From assembly GCA_028023455.1 (NCBI GenBank), contig JAQFVV010000007.1, positions 18,290,001-18,354,000 on the forward strand: a DNA stretch of 64,000 bases, written 5' to 3'. The notes under the pieces were generated by a model. That model searched no databases. It was not told the DNA's origin and saw only the letters and a list, made by a program, of their open reading frames with translations. Of the stretch, positions 40,844 through 53,480 are shown piece by piece (position 1 is the stretch's first letter; the number at the start of each line of letters is the position of its first letter). Position numbers and translations under genes: made by a program. This DNA comes from Epiperipatus broadwayi. Lineage: Eukaryota > Animalia > Onychophora.

Positions 40844-41418
40844 CATGCAAAACTTCTCCACACAGTAGTACCACTCAGTGCAAACCAGAGTAATCAATGC
40901 AGGAAGGTTTATGCATAAAATCTCATATTTAGTGCCTACTCATCCAATATTCACAGACTAGTGTTTAGCTTGTGGCTTTCATCAGTGAGGAGCCTTGGAT
41001 CTCAGAGCACTGCACCTAGATCTTAGGATCTAATTCAACTGACCAGCAGCCACCTTTTACATTTTTAGACAACTATAAAACTTTGAGCCCAAAATGAAGA
41101 CACAATAATGTTTTCAAGCTAAGCTCATTAGCTTATATAGTTGTGTAGATCTGAACTCAGTTCAGCATCCATACTTTTTGTAGGGTTGCATTAGATCAAA
41201 GATTTGGGTCACTCTCAGATCCAAGGCTCCTCAGTGATGAAAGCCACAAATTAGAAACTAATCTTGGGATATTAGATGAGTAGGCATTAGATAGGGATTT
41301 TATACACAAATATTCCTGCATTCATTGATAAGTGGTGCTACTGTATGGAGAGTTTTGCCTTTGTGAAAAACAAATTGTGTAAGCCTAAAGGATGGTGATC
41401 ATGTGATGTTTGATGGTT
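40844..41418. mobile_element. Hammerhead element (family A), head-to-head arms
   Basis: 13 bp TSD with one mismatch: taattattataaa (40831-40843) and taattactataaa (41419-41431); two mutated cores. Confidence 0.85.
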
Positions 41419-43033
41419 TAATTACTATAAAGGTAAGACAAAAGATGAATTCAGATTCATTGCAAGTCCAAAATGGGAAGAACAGCATCATGAAGATTGA
41501 TGGTATACCTGATAGTAATTATTCAATTGAGTATCTACTCAATGAAGATAATTTATATATGCCACAATAAATTTTCCTTTGATGAAGGGGAAAAGGATAT
41601 TCCTCTAGATGTTCAAAATGCTTTTGGTAAGCCCAAGTAATATTTTAAAATTACCTTGAAAGATTTTGATCATAAAATTGGAAAATAATATGTGAGTGAA
41701 TGACTTGGAATAAATTTGGTTATGGAGATAAAAATGAGAGAGAATTTAGACTTAAGAAATTGGAAGGAAAAGAAAATTTGGAAATTATGATTACTCATGT
41801 TTTTGAAAAAAAATTCCAAGTAACAATGGTCATGGAAGGATTATGTAACCTGAGTTTGAAGTGTAGGTCTTGAGTATAATAAATAAGTACCACTCAATGA
41901 GATCCTTCATATATGTTAGAATGAGTAATTAAGGGTTACTAGATGGGCATTGAAAGCTAATCTATAAATTAATATCTGGCATTTAAATTTTTATTAGGTT
42001 AGTTAAATTAATGTCTTGGTTTTTACCAAACATTTTAAAATTTTGAATTCAAACACTATTAATCTTTTCATAAAAGAACTGCAGGAAGATTATTAATTAT
42101 TTTTATTAGTCGTTCATTAGATTAGAGATTATGCACTTGTTGAATAACATTTCTGTAGTTTAATTTTTACTACCCTTTTCTCATGCAAGGTAAGAACTAG
42201 TTTCTATCTTTGTTAACATTTTGTGGAGAGATGTAATCAAAAACATATGACCAAAGACATCTGGAAAAGATGTATGATCTCCAAGATGCACATTTTGCTG
42301 AATCAGCACTCATCAGTTGCCCAGATCCCAATCTCTTACACATATCTTTATCATTGTTCAAACCAGTTCTTATCTTGCATGAGAGTGGTGTAGTGAAAAT
42401 TATACTACAGAAATATTATTCATTAAATAGAGAGATTAGCTTCTTCTCACAGAGAAATTAGTTCTGTAACCTGTTTCACATTATTCTCTGATATCTATTG
42501 ATTATGGATGCTTACATAAATAGCACATTAATAGCATGATGGATGGTAGATTGCTACTATTGGAATAATTAATCTATTGGTTGCTATATTTAGTTAAACA
42601 TTTTAAACATACCGTTTTACTACCCTTATTACAGGATATTTTTACATGGTTTACAATATCCAGATAAGAATAATATGAATGAAGAAATGATATATGGCTT
42701 TATTGCTCAGGAGTTCATAAGTTCAAATCAGATCTGTGAGCACCAGAATCAATCCTGGGACCTTCTGGTCTCAAGCTGAATACTCTATTTACTGTGCCAA
42801 ATTGTGCAGAGCTAATGTGAATAAGTAGCATTGAATAGAACATTTACAAAATAAATTTATGTATAAATAAATAGATAAAGTTTATAAGAATGTATGAGGT
42901 ATGATATGGAAAGTAAATTAAAGTGGATAAATAAAAAATATAAAATTAGAAATATATATATAGACTATTATTAATTATTATTGTTATGATATAAATTTTT
43001 CAAACTTATACCTATTTGTATTTTTATTTTCAG

Positions 43034-43844
43034 GATGAAAATTCATGAAGCAAGTCATTTTTTTCCAAATTATGAAGAATATTATCGAAATCATCCCTTT
43101 AATTTCTCATTTCATCTATCAGGACATGGTGTGCAGTCAAATTGGACATTAGAAAATCAATTTAACCAATTTTATACGGACCAACAGAGGTTACATTCTA
43201 ATATGCGAATGGTGGAATTACAGTCATCACCAGCTTTAACTCAGTTGTTAAAAAACTCAAGCACAGAGGGAAACACACAGACCCAGACTGAATCTCAACT
43301 CATTCGTCCCACATCTAAACGAAGACGATCAACTGAAAATGATAATAATGCCTTGGACTTATCAACAGATAAGAAACCTCGACACAGTATTAAACGAACT
43401 TCACCCAAAACTTGTGAAATTAGAAGTTCTCAGGAAATCCTTCCTCCACAACCCAATTTACGAGATCTCTTAGGACATAATATAAATGAAAAAATAAGAG
43501 ATCATATGCAATCTGCAATAGCAAACAGAGGAAGTAAATTAATGGAAACAAAAGAGGGAACAAAACCAATATCAACAACTTCAAATAGAGACAATAATAC
43601 ATTAATAGAAACAAAATCCACAGTAACAACTGTAAATAAAGACATTAGTAGATTAATAGAATCTAAAGCAATGAAGAGTTTAAAAGCACATTCAATTAAT
43701 CCTATAAAAAGCAGTAGTAGTCTGAAGGTCAAAGCCAGTCAGGCCTGTCCAAACAACCCGGAAGTGGTCAACTTAAGCCATTGGACGGTAAGAGAGGTGT
43801 ACTCCTTTGTTAAATCCATCCCAGCATGCACAGACTATGCAGAG
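43034..43844 (+). CDS. Large coding exon of the same gene, ending in the N-terminal half of a Ph/Scm/SAMD11-type SAM domain
   Basis: Acceptor tttttattttcag at 43021-43033 and a 270-codon open frame with a PxDLS-like motif (ALDLS). It ends LSHWTVREVYSFVKSIPACTDYAE, matching SAM helices 1-2, then a GAG|gcaagt donor. The next exon (expected xFxxxxIDG) was not found in the window. Confidence 0.85.
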
Positions 43845-46800
43845 GCAAGTTAAATATAAAAAAAATACGATCTAATGATAGGCTGTTTATTACCAAATAT
43901 AAGTTTATATAATATCTGATTTTATTTACAAAATTCTTCATTATTTTATAAGAAACACTAAATCACAGAAAAGTGAATTGTTTACAATTGTCGATTAAAT
44001 ATAATATTTCGTACAAATATAGGCGGGGGGGGGGGATCAGGAAGGAAATAAATTTAAAAACTCAGATATCAGAAATAAATTTTTTAAAAATATATAATCA
44101 GTTCATTACATACTTTTTATTTTTGGAAAAATAAAGATAGCATAGTTTTTTTCCTTCTGTGTTTTACTGTTTCTTGTTGTACATGCTTTGTTGTTAAAAT
44201 GTTTTAGAGTTTTCTAAAAATAAAAACTATTTTACTAAGGAATAGTTTTGTTAACTAGTATTAATTAGACTTAATTCTCTTTACTCTATATCAGAGACAT
44301 CTAGTGTAAGCTTGAGTAATGAGTAGGCCTTAGATGGTATACTACCACATCCATATCCCCATAGTTTCATTATGGAGTTATTTGGATTTAGTATAGAACC
44401 TAATGCATTTTCACGTCCATTGGCCATGAATAATTCCTTTATTACTGTTAGCTAACAATAGTCTAAAACCGAAAACCTTAATGTTTGAATCTAAGTTCAT
44501 ATCATCAATAACTATAAACTTCAGCATTATGTTAATTGTAAGCATTTTTTAATTTTCTGCCTGGATTAGAACATACTAACAATACATCACATAATTAGCT
44601 TTGCTTAATTTAACATAAATTTTCAGTACTTTTAATTATACCTCAATGACATCTATTGCAGGCTTGACTAATCAGAATGTTTTTTATTTCCACTAAATAA
44701 TAAGGTCATGTCGTATATTGAAGTCAAACAAAATCTGCAATTTATAAATAAAAAATTGATATTAAACAAAATGATTGTTTTGGATTTGGTATATTGCTTA
44801 AATTATATGCTATAAGTGTGAGAATATAATTTCATTTGTATATTTTTATTTTATTTATCAACAATGAGCTATGTGTTGAAATATAGCTTCACTTTTATTA
44901 GAAATAGAAATCTCTGAGTCAATAAACTCAAAATAACTTGTTATATTTTATCCTTTATCATTCTCCAACCTATGTTGTCTTTAAAACATACTTTATTTAT
45001 ATTCTATCTCACTTCCATAAGATTAGTTTTCTTCACTCAATAATAGTTTTAGTCATCTTTATCCAACCCCACTGTAAAAAATAAACCAATGTTTTGTCTA
45101 TTCATTTAATCTATACTGTGCTTATTTTTCCATATAAGTTCATTATTTGCATTCTTTCTGACTGTGTCTAGACTCTAGTAGAAAATATATATTTTATATA
45201 ATTTTATCATATAGTTTGCAAAAAATATCCTTCATGTTAATTTTATTTATAAATATATTTTATGGGGGGGGGTTTGTCTGTGCAATCGTTTAAGCTCTAA
45301 AGAGTGGACTATTTGCTTTATTATCATCATAATAGGCTTATTTCTGATAGCCACTTGTACATATATATGTATAATTAAATACCAAATAAATACCTTCTAA
45401 AGAATTTTTTTACTTTTTCAAGCAGTTATGTTTGATGAAAAAATCAACCAATTTCTTGCTGGATGTATGTTTCTGAATGAAATCTGATATCATCAGTAGC
45501 CTGGAAAATCAATTGAAGCTCTGATGAACACAATCACCCAATCTCTTAAATGTATTTGCAATGGTCAACCTGATTATAAAATGGCAATTTAATTAATGCT
45601 TTCTTTGCATCTGTTTAATGTTATTATACTTATTTAACTAACTTTTCTTTTTAAATAAATATTTGAATATCTAATTAATTAATTAAATACATCATAAATA
45701 TATAATAATTCTAATGTTATTTACACATTCTCCATAGAATTTTTCTAATGTTTCTAGCAACAGTGTTTTATTAGAGGAATTAACTTTGTCAATTTTTTCA
45801 TCAAATGCTTCCACTTGAAGCATGGAAAATATTTTTCCTTATTAGTAATTAATATGTTGAAGGCCAGACTATAATATGACAGTTGCACACTTATATAAAT
45901 AGTTAATAAGATAAACATCATAAACTTAAAAAATAATTTCAAGAGTTATTTACTTTGAAAAACAATGGCATTAGTAGATAGGATTAGTAAATCAACTGTC
46001 AACTTGCTAGTTGAAAACAATATCAAGCTTGATCATGTGACAGTTTATATCTTAGAAGATAAATATTATATACAGTCTTACAACTATTGACATCACACCA
46101 TATCTAAGCTTCTTTTTACTCTCATACATTGGTTGTTTTAACTGTCATTTAAGTAAGCACCTTACTGCTCACATAAATCTCACGAGTTATTCAAATGAGA
46201 TTATGACTGAAACTCTTTTTTATTGCCAAAGTTTGTCTATAATTGTACAATCAGTTTTCACTCTAGACATAAAATTTCACTAATCTGCTTTTAACTCAAT
46301 GCCTATGATTACTTTTTTATATTACTACTTCTCAGACACCATTGGATGTTCTGCAGAAATTTTTATTAACTTTGCTAATTTGCATATTGTTAGACTTTAT
46401 TAAAATGCAATGCAAATTAGCATGTTGATTCTTGCAGTAGAATAATTCTTGTTTTGCATTTTATTATTTCTACAGTGACTCAACAAAGCCTATACTGATC
46501 ACCGTGTACTGCCTCATACATGTATACAACATTATTAGTAAAATATTTACAAACTGGCTAGTATATATCATTAATAATATTGCCCTATGTGATTTGGTGC
46601 TCTAGTAGAGTGGACAGATTCTGAAGTTGGCTGTTTATAAATCGTCAGCAGTCGGTTATTTCCACTGCTCAAGTTTTTTATGTATTTCCAAGCAATAAGT
46701 TATTCATGTGGATGCCCTTTGAGTCCTAAAGCATAGGCTATTTTTATTATTGGTTTCTATCTATTATTTATATATTTTATATATATTCAAACTTTTATTT

Positions 46801-48055
46801 TTCATATCTCTCTATCTATAATATCCCATATCCTTTTACTAGTGATAGTATTTGCTCTTTATGATTTGGACAATGATAAAGTGATTGGTCTGAACCTGAA
46901 GTTCAAAACCCACAGATCAGGACCTAGCTCTTCCATTTGCTTCCTCTGTTGAAACTTTTTATATGAACCTCTGAGTAATAAACTATTTGATTATTCTTAA
47001 CAGTATAATATTCATCTGTTCTATTCTTCCCTACATTAATGTTAAATAATTCTCATGACACATTTCTTCCGTTTTTTTACATAGATAAACCAAAATAATA
47101 TCTTTGTCCAATTCTTTCACTTAGTTTTCTATTAGCTGAGTATCTTTTTTAAAAAAATTTATTTGATCTTAATTAGTTATTTTATTACTGTCAATAATCT
47201 ACAATCTATTGATCAGTTTAAGCCAGGGCTAACCAATCTTAAGTAATCCAAGAGCTGGTATCCAAAATAATAAATACATTACACACTTTAAATTATTGAA
47301 GAGCCTTACTATAAATGAAGTATAAACTGAACACAATTAAATGTGCCCAAATTATGCACACATTCAGCATGTATGCTCAGAGGAAGTGCATGGAATCAAA
47401 ACAGTGGAAGGTCATTTCTTTGACACACCTTATATCTGAAAAATATATGGGTATACAATGATGTAAAAATTACCAGATAATAATATCAACATCAAGGTTA
47501 TCGATTAATGATAGAAATTAAAATCTCTAATAAGCATTTGATTGAAATTATTTTAATTTTTACTTACAAAAATCAAACCCTTTAGGTGGACTATGTTTTG
47601 GACATCACTAGTTTAAGCATTCTTTTTGCACTACTTGTGCAAAGCCTTAACTATCCTATCCTCTCTTAAATCACTTCATTTACTGCTTATATATTTGCAT
47701 CCAAAGGTTGTATTTCTATTTCTCTTTAAATTTTTTACTGAATATTTAATATTCTTTTATACCATACATGCCATTATTCATGGATGTTGAACCTGGACCC
47801 ATAACTTTTTTGCAATTACTATAACATATGTATAGTGTCAATTTTGTAATCAACTCTCCTCTCTCCATTTTTTTTGGAAAGATTTATCAATTTATTTTTT
47901 AATTACCCAAATAATGTTTTTGATTGCTTGAAAGTGATACCTAAAATATCAATCTAAATTTATATTTTCTAAATCCTATTTTATCTACTAGTATTTATAG
48001 TATTATTTTTATCTTTTCTCTCTAAATTTAGTGCCCATTTTTATACCTATTTTAT

Positions 48056-48933
48056 ACATGAATAAGCATTTATTTTATAACGTCTTGCGTGCGATTATAA
48101 TTACGATAGAATGACAGCCTGTTAAGCTAATTGCGCAGACGCTGTGAGAATGTTATTAATAAATGAATACCTTTCAACAACCCATGATATAGTATTTATA
48201 TAAGAGTAAAAGGAATCCTCTTACTTTTACGACTCAAATGTTTACATATGAGCAAATCTAAAGTAGTTAACGAAGGTGACTACATAATAGTCACTTTAAA
48301 TTAACACAATGAAATTTTCTAGAATTTACTAAATGCCACTCTAAATGAAACTAAATCATATACATAAATAAGCATTTATTTTATAACGTCTTGCGTGCGA
48401 TTATAATTACGATAGAATGACAGCCTGTTAAGCTAATTGCGCAGACGCTGTGAGTCGTAAGAGTAAGAGGATTCCTTTTTACTCTTATATAAATACTATA
48501 TCATGTGGTTGTTTGAAGGTATTCATTTATTAATAACATTCTCACAGCGTCTGCGCAATTAGCTTAACAGGCTGTCATTCTATTGTAATTATAATCGCAC
48601 GCAAAATGTTATAAAATAAATGCTTATTCATGTATATGATTTAGTTTCGTTTAGAGTGGCATTTAGTAAATTCTAGAAAATTTCATTGGTGTCATTCATA
48701 CAGACATTATATATAGTAATTTAAAGTGACTATTATGTAGTCATGCCTTCGTTACAACTACTTTAGATTTGCTCATACATAAACATTTGAGTTGTAAGAG
48801 TAAGAGGATTCCTTTTTACTCTTATATAAATACTATATCATGTGGTTGTTCGAAGGTATTCATTTATTAATAACATTCTCACAGCGTCTGCGCAATTAGC
48901 TTAACAGGCTGTCATTCTATCGTAATAATAATA
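48056..48933. mobile_element. Young insertion of a ~306-337 bp tandem unit in head-to-head arrangement
   Basis: About 1.3 units in one orientation, tgag microhomology junction at 48451-48454, about 1.4 units inverted, short (AAT)n tail; 13 bp direct repeat atacctattttat at 48043-48055 and 48934-48946. Confidence 0.8.
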
Positions 48934-49184
48934 ATACCTATTTTATGTAAATTTAATCCCATTTTTATACTCAATTTTGTACAAGCCCCCAAAAGTATTT
49001 CTTTGCATTTCCTAAATTCTGCACACAAAAATATTTCATCACACACACAAAAAATTTATAAAACATTCAATTTTTTATCATCCATTAAAGGTATTTTAAC
49101 ATTCTTTCCTAATCCTTCTTTTGCTGACTTCATTTTATAAAAATATATAGGAGGTAAAGAACATTCTGCTGTAGTGAGGGAGTA

Positions 49185-49409
49185 TTAAATTACTTAACAT
49201 CACATGATCGTCATTTCTTATGCTTATACAACTAAGATCTAGATGCAGTGCTCTTAGATCCAAAGCTCCTCACTGATGAAAGTAACTAGTCTGGGGATAT
49301 TGGATGAGTAAGCATTAGATAGGGATTTTATGTACAAACCTTTTTGCATCCATTGATTATTCTGGCTTGCACTGAGTGGCACTACTGTATGGAGAGTTTT
49401 ACCTCTGTT
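49185..49409. mobile_element. Hammerhead element (family A), short inverted arm
   Basis: 14 bp TSD with two transitions: gtagtgagggagta (49171-49184) and gtaatgaaggagta (49410-49423); core has a stem II deletion. Confidence 0.8.
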
Positions 49410-50479
49410 GTAATGAAGGAGTACCAATCCGTAAACATGGACAATGAGATTCAAGTGTTTTCTAGCTCACTTTTACAGTAAAGATTGTTGATGAAATGTA
49501 TGCATAATGAAAGACCTAGGGATGGATGGTTGCAATATATTTAGTGGAATTAAGATGGGGATATACAAACAAATACAAAAAAAAAAACTTGAAAATACTT
49601 CAGACAATGCAATAATTATTTACTTTTCCACAAAATATTAAAAGTGGATAGAAAAAAGTCCCTGTAATACATGAAAGGGATATAATGAAAGATATTAAGC
49701 AGTCAACACATTTGTGAGGATTCAGATGTTTGATCTCTCTGTTCTTTATCTGAAAGCAAAGGATTTTAATTTAATGCATGCGTGAGAAGGGAGAAGGTCT
49801 GAGCTGCTGTGCTGGCAGTTGGTTGCTACATGGTGAATGGGTATACTAAATCCAATTATCTGGAACTTCTGTTACCAACCTTAAACATTAAAGCATTTCC
49901 ATAAAATTGTTTTAGTTTTAGCTCTCATATTCAAAATCATGTTTATTATTCATCTGTTTTTATTCCTCTTTTCATTTTCTTTTTTTTTATTTCTTCAGGT
50001 CATCTTATTATCTATATATTTAATATTGCCTTTATTGCATGCTATTTTTGTAATTGCTATTTTATTTTATTTTATCTCGACATTTTTTTTTTCTATATTC
50101 AGTACATGCTTATTTGTAACAATCTCTCATCTATTTTGGAAACCAAATTTCCATTCTTCAACATCAAATAATACAATTTCACTTTTTATTGAATTTGTAT
50201 ATTATACATTTTCAAACTTTATTTTCTTTTTTTTTCAGTTTATTAATGTCCTCCAATAATTTATTTAATGCCATTCTCGCTGTAATGATCTAATTTGGTC
50301 ACCTTCTATTTAAATAATTTTCCCATTTAATCATTCAAGTTCTTTATGTTTTGCAACATATTTATATTCTCTACATGCTTTCTTTTATATTTTTGTTTTG
50401 GTGATTCTAAATTTTTTATTACCTTTGAACTTACAATGTATCACATGATCCCAGCTTAAACATTGCTATTCATTAACAA

Positions 50480-50890
50480 ACACTGACTCTTATGCCATCT
50501 AGTGTAAGATTTAATAATCTATAAATGCCAAGTGATAGTGCTTAATAAATCTTTATCCAATGCTGTCTTATCCCATTTATCCTCAAATTAATTTTTAGCA
50601 TGTGGCTTTCATCAGTGAGGAACTTTTTGGATTTTTTTTTAACAGTGCATTTGAACCCTTTGAATCTAATGCAGCTTTCCTATAGGAGCTATTTTTTATC
50701 TTTTGTTTTGCTCTCAAGCTATCAATCCTAATTGAAATTTTTTTAAATCTATTTGCTTGCATAGTTATTTAACCATAAGATATAAACTAATCTGGGATAT
50801 TTGGGTCAGACAACACTAGGGATGTATTAAACCCTACCATCTTGTATCTATTGATTGTTAAAGCTTACCATGGATGACATAAGATTTTAG
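50480..50890. mobile_element. Older hammerhead element (family B), head-to-head
   Basis: tcatcag (CUGAUGA on -) at 50609-50615 in family context; + arm from ~50785. Confidence 0.55.
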
Positions 50891-52559
50891 AAAATAAAAA
50901 AGTATATATATCTAAACTTATAGACAGTTTTATTAAAAAATCATATTTATCATCTTTTCTATTTCATATTACCAATCCTTATATCACTTGTAACAAAATC
51001 TTTTTTTAGTTTTTCCCCAGAGTAATAAATATTTTCTCATTTTAATTTTTATTATTTATATTTCATCATATTTTATTCTGTTTATGCTACATTTTATATC
51101 ACTTTTAAACATCTTTCTAGTCATCCTTGATATAACAAATTATGATCACTGTTACATAAACTTTCTTTCTGGCCCCAAAAAAATTACTCATGATCCTTAC
51201 TTCTTATTATTTATTACATAACATTATGTAACTTAAATTCTATCTCAGCAGGTATGCTGTCTAATATATATGATACATAACTCCCTAATGAAGACTAATA
51301 ACCAAAAACTATTCTGGAGACTTGGAAAATATAGTGTTGCTTGTTATATCTACTATATTTTATTGCAAGCTTTCCATATACATAATACATCACATACAAT
51401 AGCTTATGATTTATTGATAATTTTTGATTACAGTAGAATACATATTGTTTATTAAACTGCACATATACAGTTCTTTTCAATACCCCAACACCGATACCTT
51501 TATAAAAGAGGTAAAAACAATTCACACCACAAATCCATATTTCTAGAGCATGGAAACAAACTTGACTGCACATTCGAGCCTACATCAGCTCACATTGTAA
51601 TAGAGAAAGGAATGATTCTCAATGGAAGATAAAGGGGTGTGGCATCATCAAAAATACTAACTTGATAAATAAAACAGAAATCCTGTTCCTCCCTCTCTAA
51701 AAAATGGGCCATGGAATTTATTTGTATACATTTACATAAAATTTTCATTATATCTTTTACCCACAATCCTCTCATCCACTTGTCATTGCTATGAGTATGA
51801 TATTAGGGTTAAGATATTGAAAGCTGCTTTATTCAGTATTCCTAGTGCTTATATCAACATGTTTTTATGTGTATAGTGCACATATATTTTGAGATTATAC
51901 TATAAACAAAATTAAAAGTAATAATAATGTAGTTATTAATAATGAACTGTCAGATCATGTTTACACATATATCTTCTACATTCATTCATTCACAATTCAA
52001 TCAACAAAGAAAAATGATAAAAAATTTACAGTATCGCATCGTTATTTTTTTAAAAAATAAGATGAATAGCAAAGCATTAAACTTTCAGTGCAATTAAAGA
52101 CTGGATCTTTTTTCTTCAATACTTTTTCTTTTCTAGGAAATGCAACAACAGTCTAATTATCCACAGATTATGGCCTTATCACGTTGTTTTGATATCTAAG
52201 TTGATTTTGGAATTCAGACATCACCACTTGATGTAACCTATTTCAGAGATTCTTGCTTAAATATTTCAAACTTTAAGCTTTCTGAAAACAATACACATAT
52301 GTTTTATGGTCCTTTTCTTTCTACCATTACTAAAGTGATAATTTTTATTTTATTACTTAAGAAAGGCACTTTGAAATTTTCTTAAATTATGTAAATTTTT
52401 AACTTTACAGTTGGAAAGCATTTTATTACATAAACTACTACACCATATCAAAATTTTGGAAGAATAAAAAAGCAAAGAATAAAATATATGTCCTTTCAAA
52501 GTAGCCCAAGAAAATGTTATTAATAAGCTTTAATCACATATAGCTCTTAGAGACAAAAA

Positions 52560-53480
52560 TAACTACTGTTATATCATAAAATTCATTAATTTAGTTTATT
52601 GTTTTTACTTTTTGTCTATACATGCATACAAGATGTGATGATAATTCCCAAAATGCACCTTGGTAAAATATACATGTGGAAATGTATACTAGTGGCTATT
52701 CTTGCTTTCAAAGCAGTTCCATTGCACATCTATACACTGATTAAAATAGTGTTCCCATTTCTGAAAGCACACCTGAAACTCATTTTCAAGACTATGGTTG
52801 AGCAGCTGTCTCACATTCTTTTAGATATCAGTTATAGTAAAAATCTTTGTCTTTTCAATGCAGTTTTTAATATTGGAAATAACCAAAAATCACAGGGAGC
52901 TAAGTCAGGTGAATAGGCAGAATGGTCTAGTTGTGTAATTGTCTTTTTGGCTGAAATGTCTTTGTTTCATTCATCAAAATCCCAGGAACAAACTTCGCAG
53001 AAATCTATCTCATCCCCAATTCTTTATTTAAAATTATCCTGTTTCTTAATTAATCTGCAATTTTTCAGCTAACCAATCTCACACTTAATTGTCTGTCAGA
53101 CTGTATTGCATCTCACACTTTGTTAATATTAACATCAGTCATTGTTGTTTTTGGCTGTCCATTTTGCGTATTATCCGTTATATCTTACCCATCTTTGAAC
53201 CTCTTATGCCACTCAAACTCACTCAATTTCTTCATAGCACCTTCACTATATGCCACTTGAAACAGTCTTAATGTTTCAGTAGCACATTTGCCAATTTTCA
53301 CACAAAATTTGATATTAATTGTTGCTCAAAATTTCAATCACTCATTTTTAAACCAAAAGCGAATGCATGGATATTTGTTATTTTCTCATTACCTAACTAA
53401 CAACTAGCTATCAGCTTAAAATTATTTTGATATAATTAGGTCATGCATAACACCATATAGCCATTCTGGGAATTAAATTA
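52560..53480 (-). mobile_element. Mariner transposon remnant
   Basis: Reverse strand near 52850-52920 encodes the diagnostic (Y)SPDLAPCDFWLFP.LK motif. Confidence 0.8.

Noticed and set aside
48056-48933. Hammerhead, twister or HDV core in the 306-337 bp unit
   Set aside because: No CUGANGA on either strand and no complete twister or HDV pairing found by eye.
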